Origin: the human T2T-CHM13v2.0 reference genome, Homo sapiens
Length of the DNA stretch: 64,000 nucleotides
Reading direction: 5' to 3' (one strand)
NCBI RefSeq assembly: GCF_009914755.1
Contig: NC_060939.1
How positions within the stretch are numbered: the first letter of the stretch is position 1; every line of letters begins with the position of its first letter. The translations under genes were made by a program, and so were the position numbers. The notes beneath the pieces are model-generated. The model saw only the letters and a program-made list of their open reading frames with translations, was not told the origin of the DNA and made no database searches. Positions 29,533-53,845 of this stretch are shown here, in pieces.

Positions 29533-30544
29533 TTGAAATTCAGCACATAAACTGTTGGTTTTATTATTCATATTTTCTTAATTCAGAAATTATTTTCTGA
29601 ACTATGGTTTATTCGATAATTTTGACGTAACAATTTTTTAAGAGGAAATTTAAGTTTTACTTTTTAATTGGGGCTCTTGGTTCTTTCTAAGAAAGACAGA
29701 GATAAATCATTTATACATTTAATTAGAAGAGACTGGGCTTGAATTTTTAAAAAGTACTAGAAATCGTAGCCACTATATATGTTATCTTTGAAATGTTTTA
29801 GACACTAATTACCTAAACAAGGAGCAAATAAGTTAAACCTCTTGGATTTTAATAAGAGCTAAAATGTACAGTTGTATTTTCTGGTTTTTTAAATTGTTAC
29901 AGTCTAAATTTATTCTTCCTAATGAAGAAATGTATGTGCCGTCAATATCAGGTTCTTTGTGGGTACTCACAGTTCCCTTTGCCTTTTACGCAGTGAATGT
30001 GGGCAACATGCGTGGAACAGAAATGATGTCGTTTTCTTTCTTTTGAATATCACTATGAATCTAATAATTCAAAGATTCCTAACTTTCTGAATGCCATTAT
30101 TAATTGGATTCACAATGACTTACCAGGTACAGAGTTGTCCAGTGTGTCTTGGGGTGAACTACTGAGAGTGGTATGAGGGAAGCGATTCTCAGCTAGCACT
30201 GAGTGGGGCCACTTCCAAAGAGGTGATGGGGTAAGAAGCACACACAATGTGGCATTTTCACTGCAAAGGGAGGTTTGTGCTGCCTCTCCTCCTGTGGCAG
30301 GTCTGCTCGCAGGGGAGGCTCCAAAGTTTGGCTTTGCTGGGTTTGGCATGTGAGAACTGATGAAATATCTGTATGTAGTATCTTTCAAGGATTTATATCG
30401 GTTGGATTTCTGTGTAAATTTGCATATCCCTTTGACTGCTTTACCCTATAGAAGCTTTGTATGCTTAACAAAATCTGTAACTTTTCTGTCACTTTCTCAT
30501 TTAGCATCTGCCTTTCTGGCTTTTTACTTTATCTTTTTATTATT

Positions 30545-31410
30545 GTTTTTAGTTTAATGAGATTATGGTTAGAGAGAAAGATGGATGCATGATTCCGCTT
30601 CTTTGGAATTTGTTGAGATTTTCCTTATGGCTCAGTACATATGTACTTGGGGGGGTGAATGCTGTCACTTTGGAGAGATATGTTTTTTCTGTACATTAGG
30701 TCAAGCTTGTTAATTTTCTAGAGAGATGTAAATCTTCTATGTCTATGCTGATTGTTTTTTGTCTCTTTTATCAGATACTGAGATATGTATTTAAATTGCC
30801 CTCTGAGGGTTGCAATTTTGTCATATTTTGCTTTCATGTATTTTGAGTGCTAGTTATTAGATACATTAACATTTTAGATTACCTTCTCCCTTGGTTTATT
30901 AGAATTTTTATCATCATATTGTGACCTTAAAAAATCTCCCATATTGCTTTTTGCCCAAAGCCTATTTTATCTGATAATAATATAGCTTCCAACCCTTCTT
31001 TGGGTTAGGTACATATGACATGTGTATCTTTTTTCAATCTCTCTCAGTCTTTCTGTGACTTTATGTTTTAGATGTCTTTTCATACTGTTTATTTTCTGTT
31101 TTTTGTGTTTTTTTGTGTGTGTTTTTTTTTTTGATACGGAGTCTTGCTCTGTTGCCCAGGCTGGAGTGTAATGGTGTGATCTCGGCACTGCAACCTCTGC
31201 CTCCTGGATTCAAGCGATTCTCCTGCCTCAGCCTCCTGAGTAACTGGGATTACAGATGTTCACCACCACGCCGGCTAATTTTTGTATTAGCAGAGATGGG
31301 GTTTCACCATGTTGGTCAGGCTGCTCTCAAACTCCTGACCTTGTGATCCCTCCGCCTGCCTCATCCTCCCAAAGTGCTGGGATTACAGGCATGAGCCACC
31401 ACGCGTGCCC
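30545..31410 (-). mobile_element. Old antisense L1 fragment (30545-31090) followed by an antisense AluS (31095-31410)
   Basis: ctttggaatttgttgaga...ttttatctgataataatatagc L1 motifs; Alu dimer. Confidence 0.7.
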
Positions 31411-31764
31411 TAATTCTGTTTTATAGTCATTTTCTCTTAATTATTCAGTCTATTTACATTTATTGTGATTGTTGGCATAGTTTCTTTTATAACTTTCATC
31501 GTATTTTGTGCTATTTGTTCCATCTGTTTTTATTTCTTCATGTCTTTTTTGTCTCGTTTTTGCTAATTCCTTTTATATTCATGGTTATTCTGCTCTTGAA
31601 ATGTATGCTATGTGAATATATTTGTGAGTTGACAATACTTTATTAGCAATTAAATATACTATTTCTCTTTTTTTTTAGAACTTGCTCAAATGTTACATAA
31701 CCTCAATATCCTTAGTATCTAAATTAAACTGACTTTCTGAACAATCATCATTTTAAGGCAGTTA

Positions 31765-31977
<213 letters not shown>

Positions 31978-31984
31978 TTAAAAA

Positions 31985-34190
<2,206 letters not shown>

Positions 34191-34191
34191 T

Positions 34192-34582
34192 CAAAGCGTT
34201 GAGCTGAATAAAGAGTTATCTTTTAGCATTTTGTGGAGCCCGGGTAGATCTGTGCAGGGGGAAGCATATTACAGAAGCGAGAAACAGAGGGTTATTTAAT
34301 TGAAGCACGCATTATGGGTTTTTTTTTTTTTTTACGTTTTTAGGAAAAATATGTTTTGTGACTTGCATTTGTTTGTTTAGTGACCTTGCAGTTGCACAGT
34401 TAGGGAATTAGGGTTTTGATAATGCCTGGGAAGGGAGCGATAAGGCTCACTAGCCATAGGAAAACAGGTAGTTTTTTTAAAGGACTAAGGCTCTTTCTCA
34501 TTCTCAGGGGGAATTGGTTTTTTTTTACATACAGCTGAGTTTTTGCTTACACATTTTTTCATTTCTTTTAATTCCTGTTCCA
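34192..34582 (-). mobile_element. ERV1 LTR, 5' part (LTR15-like), same family as 1158-1468, inverted
   Basis: Minus strand starts TGGAACAGGAATTAAAAGAAATG...; its downstream half aligns by eye with 1158-1370. Confidence 0.75.
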
Positions 34583-34584
34583 AT

Positions 34585-34810
34585 GCCAGCATCCTTGCGG
34601 TGCGGTTTCCCAGCGGCTCTCTTGCCTTGCAGCTTGTGTCGGGAGTTGCAGACAGCCATGGCCCATGGGCCTGGCGCTGACGGACCCTGGAGCGGTGTCT
34701 GAGGGAGGTGGGCAAAGCCACTGGCTGGCCCGAGAGCATCCTCACGTAAGTGCACAGATCCCGGGCTCGGGTGCGACTGCGGTCGCACGTGGACACGGGT
34801 TGCAGACCCC
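34585..34810. promoter_or_regulatory. Small CpG-rich island (duplicated MPHOSPH10 promoter/exon 1)
   Basis: High CpG density around the MPHOSPH10-like ATG; E-box cacgtg at ~34786. Confidence 0.6.
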
Positions 34811-35199
34811 TGGCAAATTGTGGAGCTGGGGGAAGGTAAGGGGAAATGTAAATCACTTTTCCCCACATTTCAGAGGACCTAGGCTATCAAAATTTTAAAA
34901 ATTGTTAAAACTTTTACAGTATGGATCTCTCAGTTGAATGTTATTGAAATCAACCTAACCTCAGTTATTCACGCCTATAAGCTCCCCTTGAGGCTTATTA
35001 CGGCCCCCATCCCCCTACACACAACTGTGTTGGTTTCTCCTTCCGCCTGTGCTCCTAAAGCACTCAGTGTTTACCTGCCATCATACTTTATTGAAAGCAC
35101 AAACTTGTCACTTGTCTGTCTACCCCACTAAGCTTCTTGAGAATTAGAACTTTCATGTCTCTTCCCAACACAAACGTTTTATGTGTATTTTGTTGAAGA

Positions 35200-36107
35200 A
35201 CTTCAAATATGACCTATAAAATTATGACTCATTTATGTTTCAAACTCCAACCTCTCCCTTGAGTTCCTTGCTCACAAGCAACTCCAGACTGAGCTTAGTT
35301 GGAATTCAGTAGCGCACAACTGGGATATCCGCACCGTACGGCTTTTAACAATTTTTTAAATTTTGGTCCTCTCAGCATCACAAATTCACTGTGTCCAAAA
35401 TACAGTAGAATGTTGTTTCTACCCACCTACACTCTGCCATCCGCTGAAGTCCTTTCCCCTTGCTCCACCACTCAAGCCTTGCCTATCGCACTAAATGGCA
35501 GTTCTGTCTCTCCAGTTGCTCGCACATAAAACTAGGCTGCTATTTTGATGTCTTCACTTTTCTCTATTCTGTATCTAATTCCTTAGCAATCCTGTCAGTT
35601 CTACCTCCAAACTGTACTCAGCATATTCACTGCTCTAACTCCAGCTTAAATCACCATCATCCTTTGCCTGGAATGCTGCATCAACCTTCTAATCACTCTA
35701 CTTTCCTCCTCCTCCTTCCTCCCTTTCTTCTTCCTTCGTATAAATCATCATTTCATCCTTCTGCTTAAAATCTTCTCATATTTTCTTATTACAGTTAAAA
35801 CGGCAAACTCTTACCCTTGAGCCCTGCAGAATTTGGCTCCCATCAGTCTCTCCAACTTCACCTTCTGCCTCCTTCATGCTATAGCCATGCTCACTTTTTT
35901 TATTCCTCAGGCTTACCAAGCTCAATTGCATCTTAGAGAATTTGTTCTTGCTGTTTCTTCCGCCTGGAATACATGTTTCCCAATCTTTATAAGACTATAC
36001 TTGTCTGTAAGTTTCATCTCAGATGTCACATCTAGGAGAGGTTTTCCTTGACCACTGTAGCCAAAGCAAATGTTGATCATTGAGTGAATAAGGGAATGAA
36101 TGAATGG
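35200..36107 (+). mobile_element. L2 3' portion
   Basis: tcctgtcagttctacctccaaa...cctctgcttaaaa...gcctggaatac...gaatgaatgaatg terminus. Confidence 0.75.
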
Positions 36108-36795
36108 AGTGGTATATAATGTAGCAGAGTAGATAATTTAAGGCTAATTCACTATATATCTCCAAGCAAATAGATTTGTAATGCTTTTCCTGCCAACAAT
36201 CTATACAGCTGATTCACAAATACTTGGTTGACAGGTTTTATATATCATTGTGGCTCATCAGCTTATATATTGTTGGGGCCAGAATCTATACTTACACTTT
36301 ATTCAAATTTGATTTTACAGAAGAGTTGAGGTTTTTATTTTTCTTTTAATTAAGAGGGCTGTGAAATTATTATCTATAATTCTAAATCTCATTTAATTCC
36401 TCCCAATAGGTTTCAAGATGGATTGGAACCAAAGTTCACTTCTTTAACAAAAGTGCTTTATGACTTTAATAAAACAGTAGAGAATGGTAGAATCCATGGC
36501 AGCTCTTTACAAAAACTTGTGATAGAAAGTTTTGATGATGAGCAGACTTTGCAACAACTGGAATTGCAAAATGAAGCAATTTTACCGTGCTTCCAGAATG
36601 CGGTTAGTGAAAGAAAGATGAAGATATCAGTCTTCTCCCAGAGAGTGAAGAACAGGAGCATGAAGAGGCTGGTTCAGAAACAGAGGCTGATGGCCAGGAG
36701 GACCTAGAAGATTTAGAGGAGGAGGAGGACGTGTCAGATATGGGTGGTGACAATCCTGAAATGGGTGAGAGAGCTAAAAACTCAAGCAAATTCAG

Positions 36796-37092
36796 GGCCA
36801 GGCGCGGTGGCTCACGCCTGTAATCCCAGCACTTTGGGAGGCCGAGGCAGGCGGATCACGAGGTCAGGAGATCGAGACCATCCTGGCTAACAAGGTGAAA
36901 CCCCATCTCTACTAAACATACAAAAAATTAGCCAGGCGTGGTGGCAGGTGCCTGTAGTCCCAGCTACTCGGGAGGCTGAGGCAGGAGAATGCCATGAACC
37001 CGGGAGGTGGAGCTTGCAGTGAGCCTAGATCACGCCACTGCAGTCCAGCTGGGCGGCAGAGTGAGAGACTGCATCTCAAAAACAAAAACAAC
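36796..37092 (+). mobile_element. AluY truncating MPHOSPH10P exon 2
   Basis: gatcgagaccatcctggctaac diagnostic; no flanking TSD seen. Confidence 0.9.
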
Positions 37093-38234
37093 AATTACTT
37101 AACTTTAGGATGCTCCAATAATCAAAATTGATAGTGGCTTGTGAACAGATAGATTACTTGAATAGAATAGAGCCCAGAAATAAACCCAAATGCTTCTGGG
37201 GGAGTTTGGTACATTATAAACATGAGATTTTAAATCAATGAGGAAAAGAAATCATTTGCAGCTCACCCCACCATACACAGCAGGAATAGGAAGTCATTGG
37301 CAGAATAAAAAGATGGTAAGAACAGAACAGAATTGTAGAACAGTACATTTCTTGCTTCCCCACTTTTCAAAGTATTTTTTGCTTTTTCACAAATGTAAGT
37401 GTAATTTTATTTTCTAAATGTATACTAATTCTTTTCTTCTCTTTCTTAGATGAATGACAAAAATTACATCTTTAGAAAAAGAGTTGTTAGAAAAAAGCCT
37501 TGGCTGCATGTGGGGGAAGTGACAGCACAGAAGAGACCAGAGAAGAGCCTCCTGGAGGAGAGCCTGCACTTTGACCATGCTGTCCGGATGGGTGCAGTGC
37601 TCTTTTCTGCAAAGTGTTCACTTCTCTGCTTTTTCTATGGTCCCATTTCATAGAAAGATTTGGGGTGATGTTTCTTTCCCTCAACTTTTATTTTGAAAAC
37701 TTGCAAACACAGAAAAGTTGATAAAATCATACAGTGAACATCTGTATGCTATTCAACTGGATTCACTAGTTAATGTTTTGTCACACTTGTTTTCTGTCTT
37801 CTGCGTATGGAAGATTGTATATGTGCCCTTTTTCCCTCTGAATCATTTCAAAGTAAGTTGGCAGTATCAGAGCATTTCACTGTTAAGTACTTTCGCAGAT
37901 ATCTTCTAGGAACCAGGACTTCTCCTATGTAATCACAATACCATTAATCCACCCCCAAAATTTAACATCAATACACTAATGATACCTACTGTATAGATTA
38001 TAATCAGCTTCCTTGCAGCAATCTGTTTAGAAGGCTTGCATCCTGTCACTGTCCACTGATTAAATTTTGAACTCTAACTTGAAACCCTGGTCATCTCATT
38101 GCCTTCTTTCTTATACCCATTAAGTCAAAAGGAGCTCTCATTTTATTTCAACAGAAAAGAGAATGGAAAAGAGGGGAAGAGTCCCTAGTACCTTGGATAA
38201 AGTATGAGCACTTACTACCATATGTATTCTAGTT

Positions 38235-38410
38235 CTGTGGTTTTCAAACTTCAGGGAGCATCTCAAGGCTTATTAAAGCACAGATAGCTGTCCTTCCCCA
38301 CTTTCTGATTCAGGAGGTGTGGGGCTGGCCCAGGAATTTGCATGTCTAACAAGTTCCCACGTGTTTCTGATGCTGAGGGTCTAAGGACTACAATGCATGA
38401 ATCCGTGGTT
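38235..38410. mobile_element. MER5-type hAT MITE
   Basis: gtggttttcaaactt...tttctgattcag...ggcccaggaatttgcatgtctaacaagttccca. Confidence 0.75.
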
Positions 38411-38561
38411 TAGTGGATATCCACCTAATGAATACATGTTGTATTTCCTTTGGCACCCGTGATTACAGAGGAAACACCTTTCAACTGGAAGGTATCATTA
38501 AACAGAGGATAAGAGATCAGGTCAGTAAGAATTAAATTTCACTTAATTGAAATGTCACTCA

Positions 38562-39158
<597 letters not shown>

Positions 39159-39944
39159 TCAAAACATTCCGGTTTGTTGCTTTTCACACTTTTTATGCTG
39201 TAAACATTTTAAAAAGTAGAATCACAATACATGGTCTTTTGTCACTTACTATATTTTAAGCATGTTTCTATGGGAGAAATATATCCTGGCATCATCACTT
39301 TCAACAGCTGGATGTATGTTAAGTGAATCATTGCCACCCCAGAGGTGGATTTCCTTCGATATATATTTTAATGGACTCGAGTGAGGATTTTTGCACTGAA
39401 TTCATAGAAGTAGAATTTCTAGAAGAAAATAATATAAAACCGTTTTAGGATTTTTAAAACAAATGTTCAAATCATCCTATAGGAAAATTGGTTGAGTTTA
39501 CGCTCCCACCAACAGGGACAGAGCTCCAGGTTCCGCCTTCCATTTGTCGTCTTCGCTGGTCTTTAAGCAGAAAATCTCATTGTTTTCATTACCTTTCTTT
39601 GATTTCTAGTGCTTTTGAATCTTTTTCATTTGCTCATTGGCCATTTTTATTCTTGTGGGAAGTGCTGGTTTCTCCATTGCCCATTTTCTGCTGCAAATCA
39701 TTCATTTTTTTTTTCTGAGTAATTTAAAAGATTTCTTTATAGGCTAAGGATACAAACCTTTAATCTGTCATTGAGGTTACAAAGATCTTCTCCCAGTAAG
39801 TAATTTGTCATTTCACTTTATTTATTTATTTTTTGCTAGCAAAGCACCAAAGTCAAATTTCACTTAATTTTTATCCTGCTGAATGAACACATTTTAAGTT
39901 AGTGATTTTAGTGGAAACAGGAGCAGGACAGAATGTAATAATTA

Positions 39945-40213
39945 GATCTCGCTCTGTCACCCCAACTGGAGTGCAGTGGCATGATCATAGCTACTGCAGC
40001 CTCAAACTTCTGGGCTCAAGTGATTTTCCCACCTCAGCCTCCCAAGTAGCTCTAGGACTACAGGTGTGTGCCGCCAAGCCCAGCTAATTTTTAAATTTTC
40101 TTTGTAGAGATATGAATTCGCTATGCTGCCCAGGCTGGTCTTTAACTCCTGACTTACCCCACCTTAGCTTGCCAATATGCTGGGAGTACGGGCGTGAACT
40201 ACTGCTCCCGGCC
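39945..40213 (-). mobile_element. AluJ
   Basis: Antisense Alu. Confidence 0.8.
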
Positions 40214-40944
40214 AAGAGCTTACTTTGGTTTGCTAGCAAGGTTCTTGGTATCTTTTTATATTTGAGGCTTTCGTGCTAGTGCTGAAGTATTACACTCACC
40301 ATCTGAGGTTTACAGGACTTTTGTTTTAATATTGAACCGAGGGAACTGTTTAGTTTTGCATCTTTGCAGGTATACAAAATGTGCCTACCAGGACTCTGCT
40401 TTATATCCATTGAAAAGCAAGAAGTAATACAGTAAAAGTTTGCCTGGCTACAGGCTTTGGAAGAATGGAGTATTCTGGTTTAATTCTATTAACTTGGAAG
40501 GATGAAGGTGGAAAAAATTCAAACCTTTAATTTCCTGTTGAATGCAATTTGAAAATATAGCCAATGAGTCCACTTTTCTTCTCTAGTAAGTTTGGACATT
40601 CAGATCTACTTGGTCTTTTATCATAGAACTCCTAGTGCGCCTGAGTCTTACGTTGTGAAAATCCTTTTCTAAAACTTTAGATGTAAGAGGATAGAAATGA
40701 TATTGGATGAGATCAGGCTGGATGAGAACTGATACCTGTAGATATATTTTTTAGATGAAATCTCTGATTGCCACACGTTTTCTTATTGAACTCATAAAAA
40801 TAAAACACACTGGCTGGAGGGTGGAAGTAGGAAGGAGATTTATGTCTTTTAATTGCATGTCATTGTTTCATATTGAGACAGAACATATAGTATCCCTGGC
40901 TTTGGACCTACAGAAGGAAACACATTTTTCTACCTGCTGTATGG

Positions 40945-41105
40945 CAGAGGTTCCTGAGCACCTGGAGGGATTATTGCAGCACGGATTGCTGGGCCCTACT
41001 GCAGAGTTTCTGATTCATTCATGTCTAGGGTGGGGCCTGAGAATTTACATTTATAAGAAGTTCCCAGGTGCTCCTGGTCCGGAGACTACATGTTTGAGAG
41101 CCACC
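40945..41105. mobile_element. MER5A-type MITE
   Basis: cacctggaggg...ggattgctgggcc...agtttctgattca...ggggcctgagaattt...aagttcccaggtg. Confidence 0.8.
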
Positions 41106-41490
41106 CTTACATACTAACTGTAAATTGTAGAACTCTAGAAAAAAGCGTAGTTTGGACTGGGAGAAGAAGCACACAGGTGATGGAGCAAATCATGAAAAAG
41201 TCAACCCTTGATCCCAGGTAACAAGCAATACACAGTGACATAACACAATTCTTGGTTTTCATGATTGCAAGTCATAGCCAAGTATCGAGTGAGAAATTCA
41301 GTTTCATTTTCAGGGCTTAGAGGCCAGGTGATTCTAGAAAAATCGGATTTAGTGATTAACTCATGAGAGTAGGAGTTATTTATGTCCTTTTTCTCTCCCC
41401 CATCACTTAGCATTTAGCCTTACTTTAGAAGGGTCCTGTATTTGCTTTAACCTTGTAAAGAACTTTGAGTGCTTATTAAATGGAAAGCCT

Positions 41491-41838
<348 letters not shown>

Positions 41839-42059
41839 TAAAGATATTAGACATGTTTCTTGTTTGTTTGTTTTTTTTAAAAAAACTAAACGCTAATGTA
41901 GGAGAATAAGAGAAAGTTTTTCCAAAAAAGAGAAAACATTGTGATTATCTTATTGGAATGTTGGATAATAAAGTCTGCTTTATCAATCATCAAGCACACT
42001 ATAAAATTTCCATTTTAATAGGACTTGTACCTCAATTGAGGTAATAAAGTTTTAAAGTT

Positions 42060-42300
42060 TTTAAAGTGAAAGCCAGCCCCGCCCCTCTCCTGGAGTGGGC
42101 GGGGACAGCGGTTGCATAGGCAGCTTTCCTTGTGACAACACAGGTCCTTGATGACACGCTGCTGTCTGGCCACACCTCCTTTTCCTTTCATCTTTCTCAT
42201 TGACCAATGGGCTTCAAGCATGAAGGCCACACCCCTATTCTGCATTCTAGTGCAGCCCTGGTTACGCCTCCTCTGGCTCAGTCACACAGCGACGTAGAGG
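42060..42300 (+). promoter_or_regulatory. GOLGA6L proximal promoter (GC boxes, CCAAT)
   Basis: ccccgcccc at ~42077, gggcgggg at ~42097, ccaat at ~42204; inverted homolog of 21700-21950. Confidence 0.6.
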
Positions 42301-42334
42301 TGACTGGAGGTATATACTTGTCCTCACCTGGATC

Positions 42335-50091
<7,757 letters not shown>

Positions 50092-50474
50092 GTGAGGCTG
50101 CAGGAGCTGGAGGAGAGGCTGGGGAAGCTGGGGCAGAAGGCCGAGCTCTTGGGGGGAGCAGGCGGAGGTGTGTGCAAACCCTGGAGATCATACAGAACGA
50201 CCTCACCACAACTTAGCAGATGGTGGTTGGCTCCCTCTGCTTTTCCACCAGTCTGTGGCCTACAGTTTAAATGGTGGGAAGAAGGGTGTGAGATTTGAGG
50301 CTGGGGAGGGAGGCATGGGCCTCTAGGCAAGGGAGGCAGTCATTTAGGCCTGGAGGAAGGGGCCAGGGCCAGGGGCCTGGGTAGGCGACAGAGCCCCGCA
50401 GTGCCCTCACTACCCTGTTTATGGGCCCAGAATCTGGAAGCCAGCCACTACCTACCCTGACGCCTATCCTGCAG

Positions 50475-50830
50475 GTGGAGCTGAAGAGCCAAGAGGCTGA
50501 GTCTGCAGCAGCAGCGAGACCATTACCTGGGTCACCTGCAGCAGTACGTGGCCGCCTATCAGCAGCTGGCCTCTGAGAAGGAGGCACTGCCCAGCTGCAG
50601 CAGCAGGAAGCTCAGGGCGAAGCGGTGGCCGAGATGGCCCACCGATAGTTGCAGGAGACCCGGTTGAGGGAGTTGATGAGGGCGGGGCCCCAAGGGGGAT
50701 GATCTGGCAACCTCCGTGCCTTCTCACTCTCTTTCCTGGCCCCTTAGGAGCACCTGGAAGCTGCCATCTAATGAGCACATGACAAGAAGGCAAAGACAAT
50801 AAACATGTAAAAGCCGGCAGCAAGGCCTGG
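50475..50830 (+). pseudogene. Degenerate GOLGA2-derived downstream exons of GOLGA6L (VELKSQ exon; last exon EHLEAAI* from 50748)
   Basis: cctgcag|gtggagctgaagagccaagag with frameshifts; cccttag|gagcacctggaagctgccatctaa. Confidence 0.75.
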
Positions 50831-50901
50831 AGAAGAGTAAGCCGCCATGTGACTGTTTAGAATATAGTCTGAGCACAAACCTGAAAAAAAAATTTTATTT
50901 A

Positions 50902-51239
<338 letters not shown>

Positions 51240-51813
51240 TTAGTCTTGTGTTGTCTTTTGGCATTCATAGTAAACTTTTATCTGCCTCCAGAGAGTATTG
51301 ACTTTGAGTTTATGGCACACAATTGGAGTAAGGGCAGATCGCCTTCATCTACTTCGGGACTAAGCTGGTTCAAAGCAGGTTTTAGGTTTTCTGATGGCTG
51401 GTCTATGTTTTATTCATTTGGACTCCCAGGGGTGGTCCTTCCAGGGTCCCCACCAAGGTCCCATCTCCTTCCTGGGACCCAAATTCTCATTAGGTCATTT
51501 CAGCCCTGTGAGAGTGCCAAACATTCAGCTAGGCTCTCCAGCCTCTTAACTACCACTTCATACTCAGTTTCTTAGCCTCTTAGCCCTCTACTGTTGACCA
51601 ATCACCAAATGTGGGAAAGCACTACAGACTGTCAGGATCACCTCCTAGGCCTGGTCACTCAAGTCCTGACTGAGGTCTCCAATTACCTTCCAACAATTGT
51701 TTTTGATTGGGGCGGGGCACATTTTTATCCAGTTTTTCTAACTGCTCTTGTGGGGAGGCGAATCTGTAACAAGCTCCTCTGCCTTTATTGAAAGTTGAAA
51801 ACCTTCATCTGTC

Positions 51814-52103
51814 CTTTTTTTGTTGTTGTTGAGATGGAGTCTTGCGCTGTTGCCCAGGCTCTAGTGCAATGGCACGATCTCTGCTCACTGTAACCTCTGC
51901 CTCCTGGGTTCAAGCAATTCTCCTGCCTCAGCTTCCCGAGTAGCGTGTGCCACCATGCCTGGCTAATTTTTTTTTATACCTTTAATAGAGGCAGGATTTC
52001 ACCATGTTTTCCAGGCTGGTCTCGAGCTCCTGACTCAGGTGATCTACCTGCCTCAGCCTCCCAAAGTGCTGGGATTACAAGTATGAGCCACTGCATCCGG
52101 CCC
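51814..52103 (-). mobile_element. AluS
   Basis: Antisense Alu. Confidence 0.85.
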
Positions 52104-53696
52104 ATCTGTCTTTTAAAACATGTTTTTAATTGGAGGTATAATTTCTATTAGTGAAATGCACAGGTCTGGTTTACATTTTGATGAGTTTTAACTCATTTAA
52201 CATTACTATGGAACCCACCTCCTTTGAAGATACAGAGTATTTCTATCATCCAGAAAGTTCTCCTGTGCTTTCATGCTGTCCCGCACTCCCCCAGCAGCTG
52301 ATGAACATGCTGAGGACATTGGTACTGGATTCTGGCCGCCCCAAAAGAGCCGCTTTGACCAGGCTTACCCAGCACTAAATCCCTGCCTGCTCTCTCAAAA
52401 TTTCCATCTTTAAACTGGTTGTACCTATAACCCTCCCTCATCAAGTCAATAGATAAACAAACCCTGAAAAATAAACAACTCTTCCTGGCCCAGCAGCCCA
52501 CAGCCTAATATTTACTGTATTCCCAGGCTTTCAGAAATGTAACTCGCCTGCCGGTTCACCCTCACTAGGGCGGCAGCTGCACGGGAGCAGCTGGGCTCAC
52601 CCATTAAGCAAGAAGCCAATAGCTGGACAGTGACACTCAGACCCCAGGCTGGGCGAGCCTGGCTGAAAGCCCCCTTCTTTCCATCCGACTGTGGAGAAAG
52701 GGGGCGGAGCACACACAACTCTACTGCCCTCCACATCCTTCACCGGTGCTTCCTCCTGGGAGAGGGAGCCGCTCATTAATTTGGCCAAAGCCTTCTTGAG
52801 GGCTGTAGGTTTCACAGGCTGGGTGTGTGAGGGCCACCGTGCTAGAGACAGAGGCTGGTGTGTCAGAAGGTAGCCACCTGGCCAGAGGGGGGTCAACCCC
52901 CTTGGTGAACTCCTTCCCCCGGCTGGACACAGTGCCCTGCACTCTCTACATGTGACTGTTCCCCTCAGAGCTGCTTCCAGGGGAGGGGTTCTAATCCTGT
53001 GGGTGGGGACATTGTGTTACTTTACAGTGGGCCATGGCTCCCTCTGACATCTCCAACTCAGAGGCAGTAGAGAGAAGATGAGAAATTCCCTGCCCCTCCT
53101 CCCTCAGCACCCCCACCTCTGCACATGTCCACATGTGGAGACCCTGACAATGGGCCCTGGGAGTGCCGCCATCTGTGCCTGCTTTCCATGCCTGCAGCAG
53201 CCATGCCCACTCTCCAGACCCTCACCCGCCTGGGTCAGTAGACGCTTCACTGCCTGTGGTCCTGCGCCTACACCTGGGCCTCTGTACCCGTCAGTTCCCC
53301 CAGTCTGGTTCTTATTCCCTGCAAAGAGTAGGGAGCCTATAAGGTCACCTGTTGAGCAAGCTGGGGGAGAGAGTAGGGTGGGGCTGGGAGGATGAGGAGG
53401 AGAAGCTCATGGTCGTGCTGGAGACTCAGCTGAGCAGAGTCTATGCAGGCCCATTGGCTGCCTAGCCAGTGGTGATCTCGCTCCCACCCTCATTTCTTCT
53501 TTGTTAACAAAACCATGACCTCATTAAATACTGGACACCTATAAACCTCATGGACCCTCCTCCAGCCTCCCCACCGTGTACCGGTGAGTCTAAGTCAACT
53601 CTAGTCATTTCATTCCTCTGGACATTGACTGCTTAGGGCTTGGGCATGAGCTTCCTCTTCACCTGAGCCTGAGCCACAGGTGCCCTCTGCACCTAC

Positions 53697-53845
53697 CACA
53701 CTGATGCACTGGGCCAGGGAGAGCGCCGTCTGGATGGAGATGAGCTGTGAGGAGCTGGTGGCTGGGCGGATCAGGTTGTTGTAACAGGTTTTGTTCAGAA
53801 GGTCGTCCATCAGTTTCTGCTCGGCATGGGCCATGCGGCAGTCCC
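53697..53845 (-). pseudogene. CHRNB4: CHRNB4 (nicotinic receptor beta-4) exon 2 duplicate, an isolated gene fragment
   Basis: 149-nt exon, CCCAG|...|GTAGGT, encoding DCRMAHAEQKLMDDLLNKTCYNNLIRPATSSSQLISIQTALSLAQCISV versus recalled CHRNB4 NCRVANAEEKLMDDLLNKTRYNNLIRPATSSSQLISIKLQLSLAQLISV. Confidence 0.9.

Larger units (their letters stand above)
34658..38520 (+). pseudogene. MPHOSPH10P: MPHOSPH10 (MPP10) unprocessed, truncated pseudogene
   Basis: Exon 1 34658-34745 (frameshift plus TGA; RTLERCLREVGKATG); exon 2 part 36410-36793 (KFTSLTKVLYDFNKTVENGRIHGSSLQKLVIESFDDEQ); exon 37450-37591 (KKPWLHVGEVTAQKRPEKSLLEESLHFDHAVRM); exon 38454-38520 (PVITEE..QLEGIIKQRIRDQ, acceptor AG>GG). Introns are retained. 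Confidence 0.9.
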
